Source of the DNA: Bacillota bacterium | GTDB lineage: Bacteria > Bacillota > UBA4882 > UBA8346 | Assembly: GCA_041309705.1 (NCBI GenBank) | Contig: JBFYZC010000063.1 | Location: 1-25,594, forward strand | Length of the DNA stretch: 25,594 bases | Direction of reading: 5' to 3' | Part shown: one piece after another, positions 1 to 8,395 of the stretch | How positions within the stretch are numbered: the first letter of the stretch is position 1 | Layout: every line of letters begins with the position of its first letter | Made by a program: the position numbers and the translations under genes | The notes under the pieces: model-generated | Seen by the model: only the letters and a program-made list of their open reading frames with translations | What the model was told of the DNA's origin: nothing | The model's database searches: none

Positions 1-21
1 ATAAAATAAGAGATTTTTATT
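1..21 (+). repeat. Partial copy (right arm) of the palindromic intergenic repeat, cut by the window start
   Basis: ATAAAATAAGAGATTTTTATT matches 11364-11384 (ATAAAATAAGAGATCTTTATT) at 20/21; short and AT-rich, so chance is not excluded. Confidence 0.5.
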
Positions 22-89
22 GTAAAGGATTTGGTTATTTATTTTTTAAATGAGGTTAAAATAGGATTAATTGTGGAAGGAGTGGTATC

Positions 90-1139
90 GTGGAAAAGAT
101 TCGTGTGGGAGTGATTGGAATTGGACTCGCTTGGGAGAGACTGCATTTTCCTGCCTTTCAAGAATTGAATAATGAGTATCAGATTGTGGCGCTCTGTGAT
201 GTTGATCTAATGAAAGCGGAAAAATGGGGTCTTCGTCTAGGGCTTGATTTACAGAAAGATATCTTTACTGATTGTCAAGCGATGATTGAACGTGATGATA
301 TTCAAGTGGTTGATATTATGGTGCCGATTGCGAAGAATCATCTGGTAGCGGAGATGGTGGCGCGGTCTGGAAAAGCAGTAATTCTGGAAAAGCCAATGGG
401 AGCAACGATTGATCAGGCAATAGGTACTTGTGAGTTGCCTAGTAAATATGGAATCAAATTAATGGTGGCTGAGAATTTTCGTTATAGCGAAGAGTTTGGT
501 ATACTGTATAATCTGATCAACACTAAAAAAATTGGTGAGGTTGTTTTCTTTATTAATCATAGCACCAGTTGTTTTCCGTGTGCGATGACCAAAAATACTT
601 TTTCGGCTACTGAATGGCGTCAACATCCGGCTTATCCGGGCGGAGATATCTTAGATGCGGCAATTCATGATCTGGCAGGATTGCGTCATCTTTTTGGGGG
701 AATTCAGTATTTACAAGCCTTTGGAGTGCCACAACGTGATGATTTCAGTCCGTATGCAGTAGTAACGGTGAATATGCATTTTTTGAACGGGATCATCGGA
801 GAATATTCTTACTATTCTGCGGGTCGAGAAGTACAAAAGCCAGGAATTGGTTTGCGAATTTTTGGCACACAAGGGATGATTTATTTGGAGGATCCTGAGT
901 GTGGTATAATTAATGTTTTCTATAATAATGGGCAGCATGAAATGATTGAATATCGTCCGATGCGCGGCTACTATAATGAGCTGTTAAATTTCTATCATGC
1001 TTTTAATGGTCGGGAGCAGATTGCGGTAACTCCTGAGGTGGAGATTGGGGATGTGCGGACGGTTTATGCCATTTTGCAGTCGATTAATGAGCAAGATGTG
1101 GTCAAGGTGGATAAAAAGTCTCAATACGCGATGCGATAA
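90..1139 (+). CDS. Gfo/Idh/MocA family NAD(P)-dependent oxidoreductase
   Basis: N-terminal Rossmann motif VGVIGIG, VALCD, conserved EKP motif, GGDILD..IHD motif; GTG start with SD GAAGGAG at 75-81. Confidence 0.9.
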   Translation: MEKIRVGVIGIGLAWERLHFPAFQELNNEYQIVALCDVDLMKAEKWGLRLGLDLQKDIFTDCQAMIERDDIQVVDIMVPIAKNHLVAEMVARSGKAVILEKPMGATIDQAIGTCELPSKYGIKLMVAENFRYSEEFGILYNLINTKKIGEVVFFINHSTSCFPCAMTKNTFSATEWRQHPAYPGGDILDAAIHDLAGLRHLFGGIQYLQAFGVPQRDDFSPYAVVTVNMHFLNGIIGEYSYYSAGREVQKPGIGLRIFGTQGMIYLEDPECGIINVFYNNGQHEMIEYRPMRGYYNELLNFYHAFNGREQIAVTPEVEIGDVRTVYAILQSINEQDVVKVDKKSQYAMR

Positions 1140-1152
1140 GGTATGAGATTTC

Positions 1153-1196
1153 TTTTGTGCCAAAAAATATCAGCGACGATAATTTTTGGCACAAAA
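1153..1196. terminator. Bidirectional intrinsic terminator between convergent genes
   Basis: 14-bp perfect stem TTTTGTGCCAAAAA/TTTTTGGCACAAAA plus inner TATC/GATA pairing. Confidence 0.8.
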
Positions 1197-1212
1197 ATTA
1201 ATTGCAGCGAAC

Positions 1213-1551
1213 TCAAATTACTGTTTCACCCGTTTCACCAGTGCGGATTCGAATCCCTTCTTCAACTGGACTAATGAAGATCTTTCCATCTCCGATCTCG
1301 CCGGTCTGAGCGGCTTTGGTAATCGCTTTGATGGCTGAGCTGACTTGGGTGTCTTTGATAAAAAGTTCAATTTTAATCTTGGGGAGTAGATTGATGGTAT
1401 ATTCGGCACCACGGTAATGCTCAACGTGTCCTTTTTGTTGGCCATATCCTTTGATTTCGGTAAGACTGATTCCTTCGATTCCGATTTCGTGTAGGGAATT
1501 AATTACGTCACCGATACAATTGGGTCGAAGATATGCTTCGATCTTTTTCAT
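1213..1551 (-). CDS. glnK: P-II nitrogen regulatory protein
   Basis: 112 aa; T-loop QKG..E.YRGAEY, B-loop TGEIGDGKIF, C-loop RIRTGE; directly downstream of amtB; SD AGGAGG. Confidence 0.95.
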   Translation of the reverse strand: MKKIEAYLRPNCIGDVINSLHEIGIEGISLTEIKGYGQQKGHVEHYRGAEYTINLLPKIKIELFIKDTQVSSAIKAITKAAQTGEIGDGKIFISPVEEGIRIRTGETGETVI

Positions 1552-1618
1552 ACTTCATACCTCCTGAGATTTAATTAAGATAAATTTAATAGTGATAAAC
1601 TATCAGCTGTTGTTTTTT

Positions 1619-3112
1619 TTAATTTTTAGATTTTTCAATCGTAATACTATTGGGAATAGTGGTATTGTTGGTTGTAATGGAGAGACTTGAACTGATTGAA
1701 AATTCTGGATAACAAACTGCTCCGTGTACTGGAACATCTAAACCGGTTAATTCTTCTTCTGCCGAAACTCTCATTCCGATAGTTCGATCAAGTAGTTTGA
1801 AGAGTAAATATGAGAGTGAGAAGATAACGATGATTAAGGTAAGTGCTCCGATTAACTGTGCGCCTAATTGACCAAAACCTCCACCAAAGAAGAGACCTTT
1901 CACATTTCCGTAAGTTCCGTCTGCAAATAGACCAAGTGCGATTGTGCCCCACAGACCATTAACTCCGTGCACAGAAACTGCTCCGACTGGATCGTCAATC
2001 TTCAAACGGTTTTCGACAAAGTAAACTGAGTAACAAACGAGAATGCCAGCAATTCCTCCGATTAGTACGGCTGCCCAAGTTGGAACGTAAGCGCAAGGAG
2101 CGGTGATGGCTACTAAACCGGCTAAAATTCCGTTACATGACATACTGGTATCTGGTTTCCCGGAAGAAAAACACATATAAATCATTGCTGCCATTCCGCC
2201 AACACAACCAGCGAGCAGAGTGTTTACGGCAACTACTGTAAAACGAAGATCGGTTGCCGCAAATGTACTACCACAGTTGAAGCCAAACCAGCAGAAGATG
2301 AGGAGCATTGTCCCGAGAACACCCATTCCAAGGTCATGACCTGGGATGGCGACTGGCTTTCCTTTGATATATTTTCCGATACGCGGGCCTAGAACGATTG
2401 CGGAAGCCAATGCCATTGTACCACCAACTGCGTGAACAGCACTAGAACCGGCGAAATCTTTGAACCCTTGACCTAAACCAATTTGCCCAAGTTGTGATAA
2501 CCAGCCGCCGCCCCACACCCAGTTGCCAAAGAGGGGATAAATGAAAGCGCCAGCGATGAAAGTATAAACTAGATAAGTGCTGAATTTGATTCGTTCTGCC
2601 ATTGCACCACTGGGGATTGTTAGCGCGGTGTCCAAAAAGCCTACCTGGAAGAAGAAAAGCAGGAAGATGCTAACATCGTAGACGCTGTTGCCGAGACCAA
2701 ATCCTTTTGCTCCCAAAAGACCCCATGAATGACCGAACATTTTGATGGTTAAGAGTTTGTCGAGTGAACCGAACATTCCGCCGACTCCGCCAAACATTAA
2801 GCCGAAGCCGATGAAATAGAAGGCTAAACCGCCGACTGCCCAGACCATGAGATTCATCATCATGGTATTGTTGGCGTGGCGCGCACGAGTGAAACCTGTT
2901 TCGACCATTGCAAATCCGGTCATCATAAAAATTACCATTGCGCCGCAGATGAGTACCCAAATATAATTAACTGCGCTGTTGGGATCTTGCTTTAAGGTGG
3001 CGCTACCATTAGGATCGTTAGCCGCGAAAGCGGTTGAAGTAATTAATAAAACTAAAATTAGTGATATTAATAACCAGCTGCCAATGTGTCTGTTGTTGAA
3101 ATAGTTTGACAT
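1619..3112 (-). CDS. amtB: Ammonium transporter (Amt family)
   Basis: Multi-TM; TIPSGAMAER, DFAGSSAVHAVGG and DDPVGAVSVHG motifs with both pore histidines; N-terminal signal-like segment; SD AAGGAG. Confidence 0.96.
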   Translation of the reverse strand: MSNYFNNRHIGSWLLISLILVLLITSTAFAANDPNGSATLKQDPNSAVNYIWVLICGAMVIFMMTGFAMVETGFTRARHANNTMMMNLMVWAVGGLAFYFIGFGLMFGGVGGMFGSLDKLLTIKMFGHSWGLLGAKGFGLGNSVYDVSIFLLFFFQVGFLDTALTIPSGAMAERIKFSTYLVYTFIAGAFIYPLFGNWVWGGGWLSQLGQIGLGQGFKDFAGSSAVHAVGGTMALASAIVLGPRIGKYIKGKPVAIPGHDLGMGVLGTMLLIFCWFGFNCGSTFAATDLRFTVVAVNTLLAGCVGGMAAMIYMCFSSGKPDTSMSCNGILAGLVAITAPCAYVPTWAAVLIGGIAGILVCYSVYFVENRLKIDDPVGAVSVHGVNGLWGTIALGLFADGTYGNVKGLFFGGGFGQLGAQLIGALTLIIVIFSLSYLLFKLLDRTIGMRVSAEEELTGLDVPVHGAVCYPEFSISSSLSITTNNTTIPNSITIEKSKN

Positions 3113-3200
3113 GAAAGACCACTCCTTTTAAGAAAGTTATTGATGCAAAAAACTAGCTTACGAGCACCTCCTGTTATATTGATGTAAGTTTTATGAAAAT

Positions 3201-3229
3201 ATATTAACATGAATATGACAAAAGGTCAA
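3201..3229 (-). promoter_or_regulatory. Candidate sigma-A promoter of amtB-glnK
   Basis: Minus strand TTGACC-N17-TAATAT with TG extension. Confidence 0.55.
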
Positions 3230-3307
3230 GTTTTTTAACGTTGATACACTGTATACAAGTGATTTTATAACTCAAATATTACATCAAATTGAGTCTAGTG
3301 GTCGATA

Positions 3308-3343
3308 ATAAAAAATGGTTACTTCAGTGACGAAGTAACCATT
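3308..3343 (-). terminator. Intrinsic terminator of the cellulase operon
   Basis: 12-bp stem AATGGTTACTTC/GAAGTAACCATT, 6-nt loop, followed by a T-tract on the minus strand, 30 nt after the GH9 stop. Confidence 0.85.
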
Positions 3344-3372
3344 AATGATATTATAAATTTTGTTAATTTATT

Positions 3373-6267
3373 CTATATTTTAGGCTCAACACCCCATTGG
3401 AGTTGATTGTTGAGATGGGCAGTTACTTTCTCCCATTCGACAAAGGTTTTGGCAGTAGCATTATAGGAATAGTCATTGTTCTGCTGGTAATTCACCCAAT
3501 TGGTTTTACCAAAGCGTGCTTGTAAATCGATACTTTTACCAGGAGCAAGTGTACCTGTACCATTGATAAAACCGATTTCCATGTAATAATCTGCCCCTGC
3601 TTTTGGAGTGGCTAGAGGAACGAATTTAGAGGTTATATATTTTGAATCGATACTACAATAATCGCAATAGAAGACCTGGCTTTCGTTACTATCAATTGTA
3701 TAGTAGTAACGTAAAACGAGTTCGGCAAGGTTGATTGGTTGATTACTCGTATTGATAATTCTAAAGTAAGGATTAATATTTTTGCATGAATCATCAATTA
3801 CATTATTATACATGAGAACTTTAATCTGATCTTTGGCAGGTGGTTGAGGTGGATCATTGGGAACGCGTACCTTAATTTTGATTGGTGCTGAATTGCCTAC
3901 AATTCCTAGCGCATCAGTAGCTTTAACACTCAGGGTAAACTCTTCCAAAGTTCCGGCTGCATTGTTATAGCCAGTAGGATACCATGTAAATGAGTATGGA
4001 CTGGTAAGATCTTCACTGGCTTTAACTTGATTAGCAAAGAGCTCTGCTTTTTGAATTGCGCCATTATTCGAGGTGGCCGTAAGATTAATGGTAATTGGAT
4101 GTGTGGCGTCAACTATTTCAAACTGTTGATTGTTGAGTGGAGCAGTAATCTGAACTTTAGGTGCTTCAAGTACAGTTGGTTCTAGACCGAATACTTTAAC
4201 TCCATTAAAATAGACTGGAATGAATTTGCTAACTTCATTTAATTTACTGATTCCTTGACGACTCCAATCATTGGTAGGATCCCAATGACTCTTAAATTCT
4301 GCATCTTGTTTGGCAACCAGTGCAAATTGAAATTCCCGATCGCCATAGATTGGATAACCTGACCAATCAAAATCAATGTAGTAAGTGCCACAATCATCCC
4401 AAGCTAGTGGCCCGGTACATTTAACTGCCCCGCCATAGCTGGTTTTCTGTTCGTCATACATAATTTGAAATTCAAGATCTTTGATGCTTTGACCGGCATT
4501 GAGCATCTCTTTAATATTAAAGAAGTAACGACAACTCATGCCTGATTCATTACGTGGCGGATGGATAGATTCATTGTGGAGGGTCAGGGTGATCTGAGTA
4601 CGTTCACCACTCTCTTGTTCTAAACGTGCTTCCATATAATATTGATCGATTTTTTGCTCTTTTGGCGGGAAATTTGCGAGTGGTTTTTGACCACGACCAT
4701 AAAGCAGATAGTGACCAGCGAGTGCTCCGACGAAAGAAGCATTATAATCAATGGCGACCTCGTTATAGACATAATCCCAGGTAACATCTTTGTGAACATC
4801 ACTGCCATCAGGACCGCCTACCAAAGCACCCCAAAGTACATGACGATGATTTTCGGGAACCATCATGCTATTGGTTTTTGAACCATGTGCAGCACGATGA
4901 TGTGGATGCATCGCACTTTTTTCACCATAGCCAACTTCGTAGGAGTAGCCCATTGGATTGTCACCTAAGAGATAGTCGATCTGACTTTTTGCCCAATCAG
5001 CAATATCCATCCGTTCGGGATGATATTTTTGATAGACTAAACAACAAAGTTGTGCTGCGGTATTATAACGTGCCGAACCCCAAGTGTTAATCATGGCATA
5101 ACCGGCTTTAGTTGGTTTAATGTAACTGACATCAGCCGGATCATCGTGAGGTACTTTGCCACCACTCCAGTATTCGAGATTCCAGCGTGAGAAATAATCA
5201 AAGTTTTTGTACATTTTATTTTCAGGGAATTGACTGGTAGGGAAGAGTCTTGCTAATTCAGTAAAAACGCCACCCCAGACGGTATCCCAGCAATGTACCC
5301 AGATATTCTGCCAAGTATTTTCAGTAGTGGAGATGATTTTTTTCATATAACCAGTATAGATGCCATTAGCATCAACTGAGTCAATCTGATGAATGTAGTT
5401 CATATTGCCAGTAGCTACATAGAGCCATACTGCTGCCCAAGCAAGGTCATCATCTTCATAACTGGAGCCATAGAAGCCATCGCCATTGCCCAGACCAGGG
5501 TTTTTGCGTGCAAATTCATAAAGTGCTTTGGCGGTGGTCAGACATTTTTGGGCATAAGTTGCATCAATCTCACGATAATTTAGATACATCAGCGCTAAAC
5601 CAGCAGCGGCGGAAGCAGTCTGGTCGGCAGCAGGACTGCCAGTGGTCGCAAAGTCAGCAGGACGAGGACATTTATGAGGATCTTGCAGCTCTGGTGCTCC
5701 CCAATAAGTATGATCAGTACCACCTTCACCTACCATGTAACAGAAAGCTAATAATTCACCTGATGGAGAAAGGAAGCTGCAACGGAGATAACAATCAGAG
5801 AACCATTTTAAGATTTCTAACATGTGCTCTTCTTGACCAGTTTCTTGGAAAGCTTCACGAAAATGATAAAAACCCCAGCCTAAAGTGGAGAAGGAATATG
5901 ATTGCGGCATACCAAACCGTACATGGTCACCAGCATCATGAAAACCACCACTTAGATCCATGAAGCCATCACCATCGGGATCGAAAATTTTGGGGTACTG
6001 AACGAGTAATGTCTGCGGAATGGTGGTGTTAGTCAATGGAACTTTAGTATCTTCAGTATGACAATCGCCACGCCATTCCAGACGACCTCCGGTAATCCCC
6101 GGGCCACATTTTTCGGCGTCGTAAAAGTAAATTGATTTTTGCAGAGCTTCGGCATAGTTGTGTTGGGTGGGGGTCTCTGCCCAGAGAGTAGAACTACTGC
6201 CAACAATAGTCAAAACCAGACTGAGCATTAACAGAATACCTACATACATACGATGTGATTTTTGCAT
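3373..6267 (-). CDS. Secreted multimodular GH9 endoglucanase: signal peptide-GH9-CBM3c-Ig-like-CBM3b
   Basis: DLSGGFHDAGD, HPHHRAAHG and NEVAIDYNA GH9 motifs; CBM3c ending WDPTNDWS..IPVY..G..VFG.EP; Ig-like module PKVQITAP..PYSFTW; C-terminal CBM3 with LRYYYTID and NDYSY; no dockerin. Confidence 0.93.
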   Translation of the reverse strand: MQKSHRMYVGILLMLSLVLTIVGSSSTLWAETPTQHNYAEALQKSIYFYDAEKCGPGITGGRLEWRGDCHTEDTKVPLTNTTIPQTLLVQYPKIFDPDGDGFMDLSGGFHDAGDHVRFGMPQSYSFSTLGWGFYHFREAFQETGQEEHMLEILKWFSDCYLRCSFLSPSGELLAFCYMVGEGGTDHTYWGAPELQDPHKCPRPADFATTGSPAADQTASAAAGLALMYLNYREIDATYAQKCLTTAKALYEFARKNPGLGNGDGFYGSSYEDDDLAWAAVWLYVATGNMNYIHQIDSVDANGIYTGYMKKIISTTENTWQNIWVHCWDTVWGGVFTELARLFPTSQFPENKMYKNFDYFSRWNLEYWSGGKVPHDDPADVSYIKPTKAGYAMINTWGSARYNTAAQLCCLVYQKYHPERMDIADWAKSQIDYLLGDNPMGYSYEVGYGEKSAMHPHHRAAHGSKTNSMMVPENHRHVLWGALVGGPDGSDVHKDVTWDYVYNEVAIDYNASFVGALAGHYLLYGRGQKPLANFPPKEQKIDQYYMEARLEQESGERTQITLTLHNESIHPPRNESGMSCRYFFNIKEMLNAGQSIKDLEFQIMYDEQKTSYGGAVKCTGPLAWDDCGTYYIDFDWSGYPIYGDREFQFALVAKQDAEFKSHWDPTNDWSRQGISKLNEVSKFIPVYFNGVKVFGLEPTVLEAPKVQITAPLNNQQFEIVDATHPITINLTATSNNGAIQKAELFANQVKASEDLTSPYSFTWYPTGYNNAAGTLEEFTLSVKATDALGIVGNSAPIKIKVRVPNDPPQPPAKDQIKVLMYNNVIDDSCKNINPYFRIINTSNQPINLAELVLRYYYTIDSNESQVFYCDYCSIDSKYITSKFVPLATPKAGADYYMEIGFINGTGTLAPGKSIDLQARFGKTNWVNYQQNNDYSYNATAKTFVEWEKVTAHLNNQLQWGVEPKI

Positions 6268-6318
6268 TTAACTACCTCCTTAAGGAAATTGGTTTAATCC
6301 TTAATATTTAAGGATGCT

Positions 6319-8088
6319 TTATGGTAAGTTAATACCATTAGAGCCAAGTGGAATCTGGTGATCCAGACCAATAAACTTTCCTTGAGCATTCTGCCAAAGC
6401 AGCGGACGGACGAGCTCATATTTTTTAAGATCGATTGTCTTCCAATCATCCAGCAGAATTCCTCCTGTATCACCAGAATTTGGATTAATACACCAAAAGA
6501 AGAAATGTAACTGATTTTCCTTGATAAAGCTGGCTAGAGAACGCATCCATTGCTCGTTGTCGGCACCATCAAGTTTTCCGCCCCATTCACCAATTAAAAT
6601 GGGTGCGATGTTTTGTTCGTGGATATAGAACCAATTTGGACGCCAGACATCTCTAGTTAAAGTATCCTTATTAAAACCAGGATAGAACCATGGTTGAGGA
6701 TAAACACTTGCGCCATAATCGTGTGGTGAATAGACTAATTGATTTGGGACATTAAACTGTACTGGATCTTTGGCAACACCACGTAGACAACCGCCCCACC
6801 AATTAGAATAGTAGTGGTTCTTATCAGGATCACTATAAGTATAGCCTTCTTTTGGGTAGATTTCGTTGCCTTCAACGAAGATTAATAAGTGTGGATTGAT
6901 TTTTAAGATTAAGTTACCCACCTTTTCGGCCTCGTATTTCCAGTTATTATCATCAGTGGAATTATCCCATTTTGCACCTAATTCTTGGTAAGTTTTTCCG
7001 TGAGGTTCGTTGAAAAGATCCATTCCAACTAAGGTGTCATCATTTTTATAACGCTCGGTAAGCCACGTCCAACAAGCTTCGAAATCTGCAGTAGTGTATT
7101 GGCTAGCCCACCAGGTAGCAGATTGAGAATGATTGTGAATCCGATGCATATCAAAGACTACCTTAAGCCCGATTTTTTTGCAGTAAGCAATGGAGGTGTC
7201 GAGGATGTATAGAGAATCTTTATCAACTAGTTTTGGATTAGCATAATAGTTGATTGTAGTGGGAAAGACCTTGCGATTTTGACGCCATTCATTAACTAAT
7301 TGAACACAGAGCGGAATGCGCATCACGTTGAAGCCTAGATTGGCAATATTATCTAAGACATCTTCCATTCGAGCTGACCAGAGACCATGATAGCAAGCGT
7401 TAGAAGTCTCAAAACCAAACCAGGCAATCCCAGTAATTTGTACGGGTTGATTCTTCTCATCGAAAATTTGATTGCCATTTACATGAAGATAGTCGTTGTT
7501 GTTAATAGGGACAATTGGAGTTGGTGCTGGTGAAGGACGAGCTCCATTTGGCTCAGTACCCCAAATAAGATCGTTATCTAGATAAGCAGTCACCTTTGAC
7601 CATTCAATATAGTTGGTGGCAGTAGGATTAAAGGAGTAATCATTAGTTTGGTGATATTTAGTCCAATCGTTTTTAGTAATTCTAGTTTGAATTTCAATGC
7701 TTTGACCTGGACTTAAATTACCAGCCATCTCTTTGAAACTAATCTCGATATAATAATCAGTATCTAAAAATGGATTGGTAAGTGGGTTTAGGGTTCCAAT
7801 GACATTGCTGCTGCCGACAGTTGACCAGTCGCAGTTGAAACTTTGGGGCAAAGGTTCGCTATCAATTGTGTAGTAGTAGCGAAGTTTGATTATTTTTAAA
7901 GCTAAACTAGTTTCGCCAGTATTTACGAGCTTGAAACGTGGTGCCAGATTAGTACAGACATCAGCAGTTTCGCTATTATACATTTCGACGCGAAGAGACT
8001 CTCCGGGATTTGCTCCATTGACATCGATCGACACCAATGCACAAAAACACAAAATCAAGCTTAGACAGAAGAAAATTCTTTTTGACAT
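6319..8088 (-). CDS. Secreted endoglucanase: signal peptide-CBM3-Pro linker-GH5 (subfamily 1-like)
   Basis: CBM3 with LRYYYTID and NDYSF; PSPAPTP linker; GH5 acid/base DLFNEPHG and nucleophile IGEWGG, YSPHDYG; SD AAGGAGG. Confidence 0.93.
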   Translation of the reverse strand: MSKRIFFCLSLILCFCALVSIDVNGANPGESLRVEMYNSETADVCTNLAPRFKLVNTGETSLALKIIKLRYYYTIDSEPLPQSFNCDWSTVGSSNVIGTLNPLTNPFLDTDYYIEISFKEMAGNLSPGQSIEIQTRITKNDWTKYHQTNDYSFNPTATNYIEWSKVTAYLDNDLIWGTEPNGARPSPAPTPIVPINNNDYLHVNGNQIFDEKNQPVQITGIAWFGFETSNACYHGLWSARMEDVLDNIANLGFNVMRIPLCVQLVNEWRQNRKVFPTTINYYANPKLVDKDSLYILDTSIAYCKKIGLKVVFDMHRIHNHSQSATWWASQYTTADFEACWTWLTERYKNDDTLVGMDLFNEPHGKTYQELGAKWDNSTDDNNWKYEAEKVGNLILKINPHLLIFVEGNEIYPKEGYTYSDPDKNHYYSNWWGGCLRGVAKDPVQFNVPNQLVYSPHDYGASVYPQPWFYPGFNKDTLTRDVWRPNWFYIHEQNIAPILIGEWGGKLDGADNEQWMRSLASFIKENQLHFFFWCINPNSGDTGGILLDDWKTIDLKKYELVRPLLWQNAQGKFIGLDHQIPLGSNGINLP

Positions 8089-8150
8089 TTTAATTCCTCC
8101 TTAAAAGTTGATTTGACTTCTAAGTAGTAGTCTGTCATCCCTCCTTTTCG

Positions 8151-8258
8151 TATATATTTTCCAAAAGATCTATTTCATTTTATCTTCGCAAAAAATCCCT
8201 AGTACACTGGATATTTTCACTCGATATAATGAAAGATCTTTACCAGAAAATATATAGA
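8151..8258. repeat. ~102-bp imperfect palindromic intergenic repeat (MITE/REP-like), single copy
   Basis: Left arm 8154-8206 matches 11294-11346 at 49/53; right arm 8210-8255 resembles 11350-11395 and 11397-11442; the arms are inverted repeats of each other (ATATTTTC/GAAAATAT, AAAGATC/GATCTTT, TTCATTTTATC/GATATAATGAA). Confidence 0.85.
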
Positions 8259-8327
8259 TTAGATATATATTCAGTTAAAAAATAAACTAGTTTAACATAT
8301 TTTCTTGCAGGTATATAAATAAGTGAT

Positions 8328-8358
8328 GAATAGTTAGGCGTGCTAAGTGGGAATATTA
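8328..8358 (+). promoter_or_regulatory. Possible forespore sigma-F/sigma-G-type promoter of ypeB
   Basis: GAATA-N16-GGGAATATTA; the -10 fits the sigma-F consensus GGNNANAHTR but spacing is 1 nt longer than typical. Confidence 0.35.
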
Positions 8359-8395
8359 ACAACGAAGAGAAACAATATGTAAAGGATGAGTGAGC

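Noticed and set aside
3373-8088. Cellulosome components
   Set aside because: No duplicated Ca-binding dockerin repeats or cohesins in either enzyme.
8061-8138. 25-aa leader ORF upstream of the GH5 gene (minus strand)
   Set aside because: The AGGAGG lies only 1 nt from the ATG, too close for initiation; no peptide features.
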